Of a stretch of DNA of 64,000 nucleotides, positions 32,301-43,900 are shown piece by piece. The position numbers were made by a program, and so were the translations under genes. Each line of letters begins with the position of its first letter. Position 1 is the stretch's first letter. The DNA lies in assembly GCA_963777955.1 (NCBI GenBank), contig CAVZSQ010000003.1, forward strand, positions 32,001-96,000, read 5' to 3'. Under the pieces are notes generated by a model. That model was not told where the DNA came from, made no database searches, and saw only the letters and a program-made list of their open reading frames with translations. Source of the DNA: Calditrichia bacterium. Its GTDB lineage: Bacteria > Calditrichota > Calditrichia > JAJRVZ01.

Positions 32301-33221
32301 CCGTCTTTGCTGCAGGAATTTATCTCGACAGCCCAGCAGGAAATTGATCATATAGCGGTCACTCTGGAGCGGGGTAGAAAATCAGCAAGTATAAATTTTA
32401 CGGAGCTGTTAACCCAGGTATACCGCTCCATGCATCTGTTAAAAGGTAATGCCAGCCTGCTGGCCATCAAGTTTTTTGCCGATCAGGCTCATCAGTTTGA
32501 ATCCAAAATATCGGAATTACAGCAAAACCAGAAACTGAAAAACGAAGATCTGATACCGCTTAAAGACGAACTGGAAAAGATCAAGATAATGCTGAACGAG
32601 GTGAATAAATTAATCGATAAAATCAGCCAGATTCATAACTACATGCGGCCCAAACGCGAGCATGAACTTAAGATGCTGATGCAGTCGTTAAATAACCTGG
32701 TTTTAAGATCAGTTCATGAAACGGGCAAGAAAATACATCTCAATACGGATAAATTTGAAGGGAATATCATCCCCCATCAGTATAAATTGCTGTTGAAGGA
32801 GATCCTGATCCAACTGATTCGTAATTCCATTGCTCATGGCATCGAAGATCCTGAAGAACGGTTGCGGCTGAACAAGCCGGAGGCAGGAACCATTGAAATA
32901 TCTACTGTAAAAAGGGATGATCAATTCTGCCTGATTGTCCGTGATGATGGCCGTGGAATACAGCTGGACAAATTAAAACAGGCTGTACAAAAATCAGGCA
33001 AATGGACCGAAACAGAAATAAACAACTGGAGTGATAAAGAGATCGCTCAAACCATTTTTCTTTCAGGCGTAACAACATCCGCTCAGGCAGATATGTTGTC
33101 GGGCCGCGGGATCGGGCTGGATGCCATTAAGGAAAAGATTGAGAAACACCAGGGGAAAATCGAACTGGATTATGAAACAGGAAAATATTGTAAATTTGAA
33201 GTGTGTTTGAAATTAAACTAG
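29351..33221 (+). CDS. Second beta-propeller + Y_Y_Y + TM + PAS-like + Hpt + CheA-type HATPase sensor kinase (about 1289 aa; +1 frameshift near 30638)
   Basis: DGL/WFG propeller repeats; YSYRLN...LKSGAYRFEVRARD; HLLKGNA; LIRNSIAHGIE; DDGRG; GRGIGLD. Confidence 0.85.
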
Positions 33222-33251
33222 AATAACCCTTTCCCGGCCAGCTCATTTTTT

Positions 33252-33280
33252 TTGACAATTATCCAAATGTTTATTATACT
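33252..33280 (+). promoter_or_regulatory. Sigma70-type promoter of the symporter-GH5-GH94 operon
   Basis: TTGACA-17 nt-TATACT. Confidence 0.75.
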
Positions 33281-33359
33281 TCTCGGCACCGTCTCAAATT
33301 AAAATACAGATTAATACAGGTCTTCGACACTTTCCAATGGAATTATGAGGGAGTAATTC

Positions 33360-35183
33360 ATGAAACTGGGTTTAATCGATATTGGCATTATTTTCTGTTA
33401 TCTGATTATTACGATTATCATCGGCATTATGCTAACCCGCAAGGCCTCCAAGGGTCTTGATTCCTATTTTCTGGCTGATAAAGGATTACCTTACTGGATT
33501 CTGGGCGTATCAAATGCCTCGGGTATGTTTGATATTACCGGCACCATGTGGCTGGTTTATCTGACTTTTGTATACGGACTTAAAGGTATCTGGATCCCCT
33601 GGTTATGGCCGGTATTCAATCAAATTTTTCTAATGGTTTATATGTCCAAATGGATGCGGCGCTCGAATGTGCTCACAGGGGCTGAGTGGATCAACACCCG
33701 TTTTGGTCTGGGTAAGGGGGCCGTTCTGGCTCATATCAGTGTGGTGGTATTTGCCCTGGTGAGTGTAATCGGATTTATAGCCTACGATTTTGCCGGTATA
33801 GGTAAATTTGCAGCACTGTTTCTACCCTGGGAGATATCACCGGATACTTATGCTATGATCCTGATGCTGGTCACAGCGGTTTATGTCGTGGCCGGGGGTA
33901 TGTACAGTGTGGTGGTAACCGAAATACTGCAATTTGTGGTAATGACAGTGTCCTGTGTCGGTGTGGCGATAGTGGCGATGTCTGAAACCACAACTGCACA
34001 AATCGCGGCAGCAGTGCCAGCCGGCTGGAAGGATGTTTTTTTTGGCTGGCATCTCAACCTGGACTGGTCCGGTTTAATCCAGGCAGTCAATACAAAAATT
34101 GGCGAGGACGGTTATAACCTGTTCACGATATTTTTTATGCTGATCCTGTTCAAAGGTATCCTGGTCAGCATGGCCGGCCCGGCACCGAATTACGACATGC
34201 AGCGCGTGCTGGCTACCCGGAATTCAAAAGATGCCTCAAAAATGAGTTGGTTTGTCTCAATCTGTTTATTCCCCACCCGCTACCTGATGATCACCGGATT
34301 TGCCGTAATGGCCCTGGTGTTCTACAGTTCCCAGTTGAATGCCATGGGCAGCGGCCTGGATTTCGAACAGATTCTCCCGTACACTCTTTCTAATTTCATA
34401 CCGGTCGGATTGCTGGGACTGGTTCTGGCCGGACTGCTGGCTGCTTTTATGTCTACTTTCGCCGCCACGGTTAATGCCGCTCCGGCCTATGTGGTAAATG
34501 ATATTTATAAACGATATATTAATCCGAACGCTCAGAAACGTACCCTGATCATAATGAGTTATTTCGTTTCTTTTGCCTTCGTGATCATAGGAATTTTCTT
34601 CGGTTTGCACGCCAGGGATATCAACGAGGTCACGCAGTGGATCGTTTCTGCGCTGTGGGGCGGATATACCGCGGCCAATATCCTGAAATGGTACTGGTGG
34701 CGGTTTAACGGCTACGGCTACTTCTGGGGCATGGCTACCGGTATTGCTTCCGCGCTGATCCTGTCAAAATTCCCGTTCCTTTATGTCTGGATATTCCCCG
34801 GGATTGTCAAAAACCTGTATGCCTTATATTCATTCCCGGTGATCCTGGTACTTTCAACACTGGGCTGCCTGCTGGGCACCTTCCTCTCCAAGCCGGAAGA
34901 GGATGATATCCTGATAAAATTTTACAGGCAGGTAAGACCGTGGGGATTTTGGAAACCAATCCATGCCAAAGTTTTACAACAGGAACCCGGCTTCAAGACG
35001 GATGCCAATTTCAAGTTAGACATGTTTAATGTCATTGTCGGTATTATCTGGCAGACTTCGCTGATCGTAATTCCTGTATATATTGTGCTGCGTGAAGGAT
35101 TACCGTTTGTGGAAGCTATGGTCATCCTGGTGATCACGACGCTGATTCTGAAGAAAACCTGGTGGAATAAACTGAGCGAATGA
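33360..35183 (+). CDS. Sodium:solute symporter family sugar transporter
   Basis: YFLA...PYW; many TM helices; YDMQRVLA; LAAFMST; FYRQVRPWGFW. Confidence 0.92.
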   Translation: MKLGLIDIGIIFCYLIITIIIGIMLTRKASKGLDSYFLADKGLPYWILGVSNASGMFDITGTMWLVYLTFVYGLKGIWIPWLWPVFNQIFLMVYMSKWMRRSNVLTGAEWINTRFGLGKGAVLAHISVVVFALVSVIGFIAYDFAGIGKFAALFLPWEISPDTYAMILMLVTAVYVVAGGMYSVVVTEILQFVVMTVSCVGVAIVAMSETTTAQIAAAVPAGWKDVFFGWHLNLDWSGLIQAVNTKIGEDGYNLFTIFFMLILFKGILVSMAGPAPNYDMQRVLATRNSKDASKMSWFVSICLFPTRYLMITGFAVMALVFYSSQLNAMGSGLDFEQILPYTLSNFIPVGLLGLVLAGLLAAFMSTFAATVNAAPAYVVNDIYKRYINPNAQKRTLIIMSYFVSFAFVIIGIFFGLHARDINEVTQWIVSALWGGYTAANILKWYWWRFNGYGYFWGMATGIASALILSKFPFLYVWIFPGIVKNLYALYSFPVILVLSTLGCLLGTFLSKPEEDDILIKFYRQVRPWGFWKPIHAKVLQQEPGFKTDANFKLDMFNVIVGIIWQTSLIVIPVYIVLREGLPFVEAMVILVITTLILKKTWWNKLSE

Positions 35184-36235
35184 AGTCTGTGAAGTATCTA
35201 GTCTGTAAAAAGATCCTGTGCTTAACTACATTATTAAGCCTGGCTACCGCGCTGCTCATCATATTTTCCTGTTCCAGGACACCGGATCAGCATAAGCAGG
35301 CCACTCAGGATAAAAAAGTCGTCGAAAAATTCGGACAACTGCAGGTTGTTGGAAATCAGATTGTCGATCAGCAGGGTAATCCGGTCATGTTACGCGGCAT
35401 GAGTTTGTTCTGGAGTCAATGGATGGGGCAATATTATAATTATGATTGCATCAAATGGCTGCGTGATGATTGGAAATGTACGGTCGTACGCGCCCCTGTG
35501 GGTATAGGCAAAGACGGCTATCTGGAAAATCCCGGGCAGGAAATGAAAAAAATCCGTACGGTCATTGAAGCCTGCCTGGACCTTGGTATATATGTAATCG
35601 TGGACTGGCATGATCATTATGCGCCTGATCATCGCCGGGAAGCGACTATTTTTTTTGAGACGATAGCCTCAGCATATGGCCAGGCGCCCAATATCATATA
35701 TGAAATCTATAATGAACCCGAAAAGGTATCATGGCTTGATGTGGTGAAACCATATGCCGATAGCGTCATACAGAAAATCCGGGCCATTGATGCTGATAAT
35801 CTGATCCTGGTGGGAACCCCGTTCTGGTCCCAGGATGTTGATGTGGCTTCCCTTAATCCGGTTCAGTTTAAAAATATAGCCTATACTCTGCATTATTATG
35901 CCACCACCCACCGGCAACCCATCAGGGCTAAAGCAAGTGTAGCTTTGAATAATGGTGCGGCACTTTTTGTCAGTGAATTCGGTACCTGCGAACATACCGG
36001 TAGCGGAGTGATTGACCGGCAGGAGCTGGCAGCCTGGTTCGCTTTTATGGAGCAGCATAAGATCAGTTGGTGCAACTGGTCGATCGCCGACAAAAATGAA
36101 ACTTCAGCCGCCCTGAAAAGCGGAGCCAATGCTGATGGTGGCTGGCCGGATAGCGAGCTGAGCGAATCCGGTATGCTGATCAGGGATAAAATACGAACAG
36201 GAAATCAAACCGTTTTTTCTGCGTCAGGCAATTAA
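35180..36235 (+). CDS. GH5 (subfamily 2-like) endo-beta-1,4-glucanase, lipoprotein
   Basis: GQLQV; LRGMS; IVDWH; YEIYNEP (acid/base); VSEFG (nucleophile); SWCNW; lipobox IFSC. Confidence 0.92.
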   Translation: MKSVKYLVCKKILCLTTLLSLATALLIIFSCSRTPDQHKQATQDKKVVEKFGQLQVVGNQIVDQQGNPVMLRGMSLFWSQWMGQYYNYDCIKWLRDDWKCTVVRAPVGIGKDGYLENPGQEMKKIRTVIEACLDLGIYVIVDWHDHYAPDHRREATIFFETIASAYGQAPNIIYEIYNEPEKVSWLDVVKPYADSVIQKIRAIDADNLILVGTPFWSQDVDVASLNPVQFKNIAYTLHYYATTHRQPIRAKASVALNNGAALFVSEFGTCEHTGSGVIDRQELAAWFAFMEQHKISWCNWSIADKNETSAALKSGANADGGWPDSELSESGMLIRDKIRTGNQTVFSASGN

Positions 36236-36288
36236 AACCTCAGGCAAAAAAATCTAATCGAAAAGAAAAAAAGTAATAGGGTGATTTT

Positions 36289-38727
36289 ATGAAATATGGA
36301 TATTTTGATGATGAGCAAAAAGAATATGTAATTACCCGTCCGGATACGCCGCTGCCCTGGATCAATTATCTGGGGACTGAAGAATTTTATGGCCTGATTT
36401 CCAATACAGCCGGCGGATATTGTTTTTATCAGGATTCCCGCATGCGCCGCTTAACCCGTTACCGCTACAACAATATTCCCATGGACAGCAATGGCAGGTA
36501 TCTGTATATCAAGGACGGTGATTCAATCTGGAATCCGATGTGGAAACCGATGCGCGTGGCTCTGGACCGCTACGAATGCCGGCATGGTCTGGGCTATACC
36601 CGTATAACCGGACAGAAGAATGAACTGGAGGTTTCTATATTATACTTTATTCCGCTGGAATCCAGGAATGAAATCTGGCAGGTGCAGTTGCGAAATCTTT
36701 CGAAATCTGTGAAAAAGATCAGATTGTGGAGTTTTATCGAATGGTGCCTGTGGGAAGCATATGATGATATGACTAATTTCCAGAGAAATTATTCCACTGG
36801 ACAGGTGGAGATAGAAAATGGCACTATCTTCCATATAACCGAATACCGGGAACGCCGGAATCATTATGCTTATTTTACCTGCAGTGAAAAACTGTCGGGA
36901 TTCGACAGCAGTCGCGATGCTTTTGTGGGTGTACACCAGGGTCTGGATGCACCCCAGGCTGTTTTACAGGGCAGTTGCCGGAACAGTATAGCCTATGGCT
37001 GGCTACCCCTGGCTGTCCAACAAGTCGATTTCAACCTTGAGCCTGGTGCAGCGACGCAACTCAATTTTTTGTTGGGCTATGCTGAAAATCCGGCGGATAA
37101 AAAATTTCTGGATAACGGGAAAATCAGGAAAGATGAATTTGAATCTGTAAAAAAGAAATATCTGAAAACTGCCGCCGTACAGGAATCTTTTGCTGCTCAT
37201 AAAAAATATTGGGATAATTTATTATCAACCTTTCAGGTTCACACCCCGGATATCATTATCAATCGCATGGCAAATATCTGGAATCAGTATCAATGCAAGA
37301 TCACATTTAATATGTCGCGTTCGACTTCATTATATGAATCCGGCATAGGACGGGGTATGGGTTACCGTGACAGCAATCAGGATATACTCGGATTTGTACA
37401 TATGATTCCGTCGCGGGCCCGCCAGCGTCTATTGGACCTGGCCGCCACGCAACTGGCCGATGGTACATGTTTTCATCAGTACCAGCCGCTCACTAAAAAA
37501 GGTAATGCGGATATCGGGGGCGGATTTAATGATGATCCCTTATGGTTGATCCTGGCTGTGGCGGCATATATCAAGGAAACGGGTGATGAAAGTATCCTGA
37601 ATGAAAAAACCGGTTTTGCCGATGCCCAGAATTCCCAGGCGACTTTGTTAGATCATCTGTACCTGTCGTTACAATATACCCTGGATCACCGTGGACCGCA
37701 TGGTTTACCGTTAATCGGGCATGCCGACTGGAACGATTGCCTTAATCTGAATTGTTTCTCCACCACGCCGGGGGAGAGTTTTCAATTGGCCGGACATATT
37801 GAAAATGATAAAGTTGCTGAATCAGTCATGATTGCCGGTTTATTCTGCAATGCCTGCGCGGAGATGGCCGGTATCCTGCGGCATATTGACAAAACCAAAC
37901 AAGCCCAGGAATATATTAAACATGCAGACGATATGCGCCAGACTATTTATAAACATGGTTGGGATGGCGAGTGGTTTTTGCGCGCTTATGATTCATACAG
38001 CAAAAAACTTGGATCGAAAGAAAACAAGGAGGGTAAGATTTTTATCGAAAGCCAGGGCTGGTGCATTATGGGGGCAGCCGGGCTGGAAAATGGCTATGCC
38101 CTGAAAGCGTTGGACAGTGTGCATAAGCATCTGGCCACGGCAAACGGTATAATTTTACAACAGCCGGCTTTTCACAGTTATCATGTTCACCTGGGCGAAG
38201 TCAGTTCTTATCCGCCCGGTTACAAAGAAAATGCCGGTATCTTCACGCATAACAATACCTGGATCCAGATTGCCGAAACCATTGCCGGCAGGGGGGACCG
38301 GGCCATGGAATATTACATGAGTATTTGTCCGCCGACCAAGGAAGAACAAATTGATATTTACCGTTCAGAGCCGTACGTCTACAGTCAGATGACTGCCGGT
38401 CCGGATGCGCCGACACCGGGTGAAGGGAAAAACTCCTGGCTGAGCGGTACGGCTGCCTGGTCTTTTGTCGTACTTTCCCAGTATATTCTGGGCATCTGCC
38501 CCGATTTTGACGGATTGATCGTCAATCCCTGTATACCCACTTCATGGCAAAAATGCACGGTAGTACGAAAATTCAGAGGCAGTACTTACAGGATAACGAT
38601 CAATAATCCAGCGCGGGTTAGCAAGGGTGTAAAGAATATGAAGGTGGATGGAAAAGCCTTCGGCGGCAATAAGGTACCGGTTTTTAAAGATCAAAAAGAA
38701 CATTCGGTCGAAGTTGAACTCGGTTAG
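36289..38727 (+). CDS. GH94 cellobiose phosphorylase
   Basis: TPLPWINYLG; ESGIGRGMGYRDSNQD; ADWNDCLNLNCFS; YPPGYKENAGIF; KNSWLSGTAAW. Confidence 0.9.
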   Translation: MKYGYFDDEQKEYVITRPDTPLPWINYLGTEEFYGLISNTAGGYCFYQDSRMRRLTRYRYNNIPMDSNGRYLYIKDGDSIWNPMWKPMRVALDRYECRHGLGYTRITGQKNELEVSILYFIPLESRNEIWQVQLRNLSKSVKKIRLWSFIEWCLWEAYDDMTNFQRNYSTGQVEIENGTIFHITEYRERRNHYAYFTCSEKLSGFDSSRDAFVGVHQGLDAPQAVLQGSCRNSIAYGWLPLAVQQVDFNLEPGAATQLNFLLGYAENPADKKFLDNGKIRKDEFESVKKKYLKTAAVQESFAAHKKYWDNLLSTFQVHTPDIIINRMANIWNQYQCKITFNMSRSTSLYESGIGRGMGYRDSNQDILGFVHMIPSRARQRLLDLAATQLADGTCFHQYQPLTKKGNADIGGGFNDDPLWLILAVAAYIKETGDESILNEKTGFADAQNSQATLLDHLYLSLQYTLDHRGPHGLPLIGHADWNDCLNLNCFSTTPGESFQLAGHIENDKVAESVMIAGLFCNACAEMAGILRHIDKTKQAQEYIKHADDMRQTIYKHGWDGEWFLRAYDSYSKKLGSKENKEGKIFIESQGWCIMGAAGLENGYALKALDSVHKHLATANGIILQQPAFHSYHVHLGEVSSYPPGYKENAGIFTHNNTWIQIAETIAGRGDRAMEYYMSICPPTKEEQIDIYRSEPYVYSQMTAGPDAPTPGEGKNSWLSGTAAWSFVVLSQYILGICPDFDGLIVNPCIPTSWQKCTVVRKFRGSTYRITINNPARVSKGVKNMKVDGKAFGGNKVPVFKDQKEHSVEVELG

Positions 38728-40636
38728 ATGAAGAATATAAAAAAGAAGAAAACTACCGCGACCAAACCATCGCCGGTTTTATCCCAGCAGAAAAAACTGA
38801 TTTTCTGGATTATAACTGTTTCCATACCGGTATTGCTGCTGCTGCTGCTGGAAGCATTTTTGCAGATTTTTAATTATGGCGGCGATTTAGATCTATTTAT
38901 TGAGGGTCCGCCCGGTTATGAAAATTACCTGCGTTGTAATCCCAATGTAGCCCGCCGTTATTTTTTTGTACAAACTGATCTGCCTACACCGCCCAAACAA
39001 TTATTCCTGAAACAGAAACCGGCCGACGGGTATCGTATATTCGTCCTGGGGGAATCTTCGGCGGCAGGATTCCCTTATAGTACCAATGTTTCTTTCCCTA
39101 ACGTTTTACAACGCGGCCTGGCCAATACTTTTCCAGGAAAGAATATTGAGGTTGTCAATATAGCCATGTCGGCAATCAACAGTTATGCCCTGTTGGATCT
39201 GCTGGATGAGATTTTTGAGCAATCCCCCGATGCGCTGTGTATCTATACCGGTCATAATGAATATTATGGCGCGCTGGGAGTGGGATCGGTTCAATCGATA
39301 GGTAATTGGCCATGGTTAATCCGGACTTTTCTCGATTTTCAATCCATTAAAACTGTACTGTTGCTGCGGGATTGTATCGGCTGGTTCAAAATAAAATTCA
39401 GCAAAATATTTTTTAAAGGGAGTGAGATTGATCCCTCGGCTACATTGATGGAGAGAATCGTAACGGAACAGACCATTCCTTTAGGTAGCCCGCTGTACGA
39501 GGCCGGTAAACGGCAGTTCGAGCAGAATATGGAAACGATTATTAAAAAGGCAGCGGACCGTGACGTAGCGGTGCTAATAAGTGAGTTAATCAGTAATCTG
39601 CGCGACCAGGAACCATTTGTTTCGGTGGAGGATAAAGAAGGTCGCTCAGCCATGTCTTTGTTCAAACAAGCCCGCCAGTTCGAATCAGCTAATGAATTTA
39701 ATAAAGCTAAAACATATTATGCACAGGCCAGGGATCTGGATGCACTGCGTTTTCGTGCTCCCGCAGAATTTAATATAATCATCCGAAAACTGGTTGATAA
39801 GTATGCTCAGGTCTTAGTCCCCGCCGTTTCATATTTTGAAAAGTCCTCTCCTAATGGATTGATCGGTAATACACTTATCCTGGAGCATGTCCATCCCAAC
39901 AAAGCCGGTTATTTTTTATTGGCCCGGGCTTTTTATGAAACCATGCAGCAGCAGCGGATGATCGGGACGGACTGGGCGTATGATGGTCTGGCGCAGGAAT
40001 GGGACCAGGGTATAACCGGTCTGGATAGTGTCTATGCGCAGTTGGTCATCCGGCAATTAAAATCAGGCTGGCCTTTCCAGCCCAAGTCTTTGCCTAATCG
40101 TTTCCTGAAGACGTTCCAGCCCGGGAACCGTCTGGAAGAGATATCTTTTCGCGTTTTACATAGTAAAAATTTCAGCCTGGAATCTGCTCATATGGAATTG
40201 GGTAAATTGTATGAAAAAGAGAATCAGTTGGATCAGGCCCTGGCCGAGTTTCAGGCGCTGATAACATCTATTCCTTATGAAGTCGATTTTTATCAGCAGG
40301 CGGGACTGGTGCTGATTGCCAAAAAAGAGTATCTAAAAGCTTCGCAACTTTTACAGCAATCTTTACTATACCGCGATAATAAATTTGCCAATAAATGGAT
40401 TGGACAAATCGCTTTTATGCAGGGGGATTATGAGGAAGCTTATTACCTATTTACTGAAAGCCGATTTGCAGGATATTCAGGTGTTGTTTAATTTAAGCCG
40501 TGTTTATTATGCCATGGATCAATGGGAAAATGGCGATACATATTATGGGCGTCTAAAAAATCTGGCTCCCCGTTCCGAGTATGCGACATACTTAACCAAA
40601 TTACGTATGGCGATCCAATCGAAACGCGGTTTATAA
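38728..40636 (+). CDS. Membrane-anchored SGNH/GDSL-like protein with TPR repeats (+1 frameshift near 40440)
   Basis: N-terminal TM; LGESSAAG; YTGHNEYYG; EHVHPN; TPR-like C-terminus continuing in 40385-40636. Confidence 0.8.
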
Positions 40637-40687
40637 ATGTATAATTACACAGAATAATGTATAATTAAACAGAAAAATGTATAATCT
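40636..40687 (+). repeat. Three direct repeats with a 20-bp period (AATGTATAATTA[C/A]ACAGAA)
   Basis: Units start at 40636, 40656 and 40676 (third is partial). Confidence 0.9.
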
Positions 40688-40758
40688 TATCCGGATTTTT
40701 TAGGATTTTTCAGGTTTTTATATTGTTGTCCTGGCCGGTAAAAAAGGTAAGAAAGTAC

Positions 40759-40787
40759 TTGACATAAAGACTAATTATATTTAGAAT
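40759..40787 (+). promoter_or_regulatory. Sigma70-type promoter of the TonB-receptor operon
   Basis: TTGACA-17 nt-TAGAAT. Confidence 0.75.
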
Positions 40788-40985
40788 TACATCGATTCCA
40801 GATAGTTCAATTTAAGTCGTTTTAAAGATGCTAATTAAGGATGCAAGGAGAGCAAAAAGTCATCCTTGTAAAGTGCATAGTATACACTCAAATTATCACT
40901 TGTACCCGAAATATGCATGTGTGGATTGAAAACCAGCAGCGATCATAAGAAGCAAGCATATAATATTTAATGAAGGAGAGACCCT

Positions 40986-43900
40986 ATGTCGGTGGGTAAA
41001 TACCGGATTTTAATAGTATCTATCTTGTGTTCCATGTTGTTTATAAAAATTCTGGTCGCCGGAACGACAGGTAAGATTGCCGGCCGGATTATGGAAAAAG
41101 ATTCGGGTAATCCCTTACCCGGAGTTAATGTCGTGGTCAAAGGAACTTATCTGGGTGCAGCCACGGATGTGGACGGTTATTATGCCATTCTTTCTGTTCC
41201 GCCCGGCATACAGAGTGTGGAAGCGAGCATGATTGGTTATGCAACCGTAACAGTAAACGAAGTGCGGGTGCAGATCGATCAAACTGCTCCGGTCAATATC
41301 GAAATGGTTTCGGAAGTAATCGAAGCAGCGAGTGTGGTCATCATCGCCGATAGAAACCTGGTAAAACCGGATGTCTCCACCAGCGTTTCAGCAGTACGAC
41401 CCGAGGAAATAGAAGCATTACCGGTAACCAATATTAATGATGTAGTAAGCCTGCAAGCCGGTGTTGAAAAGGGATTGGTTGTCAGGGGCGGTGGTGCGGA
41501 TGAACTGCTGTTTCAGGTGGATGGTGTCACTTTCCGCGATCCCAGAAATAATCAGCCTATCTCGGCTATTCCTTTGACTTCCATTCAGGAATTGTCCATT
41601 GAACGTGGAGGCTTTAATGCTGAATACGGACAGGTACGTTCCGGTATAGTCAACACGGTTCAGAAGGAAGGGGATGTTGCCAGCTATGCAGGTATGATGA
41701 CTGCGCGATATAGTCCTCCGCAGCAGAAGCATTTCGGCATATCTGTTTTCGATCCTAATTCCATGTGGAACCGGCCTTATCTGGATCCGGCTGTATGCTG
41801 GGTCGGTACCGCCAATGGATCATGGGACGAATATACCCAGCGGCAGTATCCGCAATTTGACGGCTGGGATGCAATTTCCAAGGGTTTGTTGGAAGATGAC
41901 GATCCCAACAATGATCTTTCCCCCGCTGCCTGTAAGCGTTACTACGAATGGACCCATCGCAGGCGGCCGATAACCGATGAACCTGATTATGATCTTGATG
42001 GAAGTTTTAGCGGACCTGTACCTTTTATCGGTAAGAAGCTGGGAAATTTGCGTTTTCTGGCCAGTTACCGGGTTGAAAGAGAGATGCTGCTGATTCCGCT
42101 CAGCCGGGCTGATTATAAGGATTATGTTTTTTCATTTAAAATAAATTCCGATATCAGCAGCAAAATGAAACTGATGATTACTTCGACAATGGGTAAATCG
42201 TATAATGTACCCATTAATCAGAATGATCAGCAATTCTGGAATCTTACTTTTGGTATAAATGGCACCAATGTCTGGAATCCTACAGATTTTATGCGGACTC
42301 CGCTGCAAATTGCAGCTGTTACCAATGAGCAACGACCCTCGAGAATTTTTTCCAATTCCTGGTATAGTCAGTCGGAAGTCAGTCATTTCACCTTTGCGGC
42401 CAAACTTACTAACTTTTTAAGTGCTTCGACCTACTACGAAGCAAGTTTTGAACATGTTTCCCGTGACTATCTGACCGGTCCTGTCCGGAACCGTGATCTG
42501 ACCAGGCGTTATGAAATCACCCCGGGTTATTTTGTGGATGAAGCTCCTTATGGCTATGATCCAAATCCGGATGCCGACCTTGCGGGAATGTTCTTCGGCG
42601 GTCACAGTTCCACTGCCCGTGATTCCAGTGATATTCAATCTTATGTTCTTAAAGGAGATCTGACCAGTCAGCTCAACAAGCAACATCTGGTTAAAACCGG
42701 AATTGAGTTTTCCTATTATAATCTCAATCTGGATTATGGCTTGCTTAATGTATATTTTGGCGATGTGAACTGGGTAAAAGAGAAGTGGAATCCTTACCGC
42801 CTGTCGATGTATGCCCAGGACAAGATCGAGGCTCTGGGCTTTATCGCCAATATAGGTGTAAGATTGGATCTGAGTAATCCGAATACGGACTGGGTGAATG
42901 TGGATCCTTTCAATAAAGGCTACTATTCAACCAGTTATAGTACGGATTCCACCTATGCCAGAGAAAAAGCCAAGGTCGATGTCGCCTTCAGTCCGCGGCT
43001 GGGTATATCGCATCCCATTACTGAGAATTCAAAGTTGTATTTTAATTATGGCCATTTTAAGGAATTGCCCGCTTATGAAGAAATTTTCCGGTTAGGCCGG
43101 GGCTCAGCGGGTAGTATGCGCAATAATGGCGATCCCAATTTAGAGCAGGCCAGGACTATCTCCTATGAATTGGGCTATGATCATGTCATAGCTACTGACT
43201 ATCTGATCCAGCTGGCTGCTTTTTATCATGATATCACCAGTCAGCAGGGTTTTACCCAGTATCTGAGTGACAGAAAGGGTATCGGTTATTTTGCCGCTAA
43301 TAATAACAATTACCGGGATATCCGCGGATTCGAACTTACCCTCAGAAAAAATTACGGTACCTGGATACGTGGATTTGCTAATTATACTTATATGAATGTG
43401 ACTCAGGGAGCTTTTGGCAAGCAAACCATTGATGAAGATCCCTATCGGCAGCGATTGATTGATCAGAACACCCCATTATTATATCAGCAAAAACCTGTAC
43501 CGCAACCCCGGGCCAATGCAAGTTTAATGTTTTTAACCCCGACGGAATTTGGACCGGAATTACTGGGTATCAAACCGGCAGCCGATTGGTCGCTGAATAT
43601 ACTGGCGCAGTGGCAAGCCGGTGCCTGGTTTACCTATCAGAAATATGTGATTGCCGAAGAGGTCAACAACGTGCAGACAACCGATATCTTCAATTTTGAT
43701 CTGCGCTTGAATAAATCTTTCGATTTTAAAGCATTAAGTGTGACCCTGTTCATGCAGGTAGAAAATGCTTTCAATTTCAAAAGAATGTCCGGGGAGAGTT
43801 TTTATAATACTTTCGATTTCCAGTACTATATGGAATCGCTGCATCTGCCGGAGAATCGTGCTTATGATAATATTCCCGGTGATGACCGGGCCGGTGATTA

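Noticed and set aside
40636..40687. 20-bp repeats as a CRISPR array
   Set aside because: Units are contiguous with no spacers, there are only about 2.5 copies, and no cas genes are present
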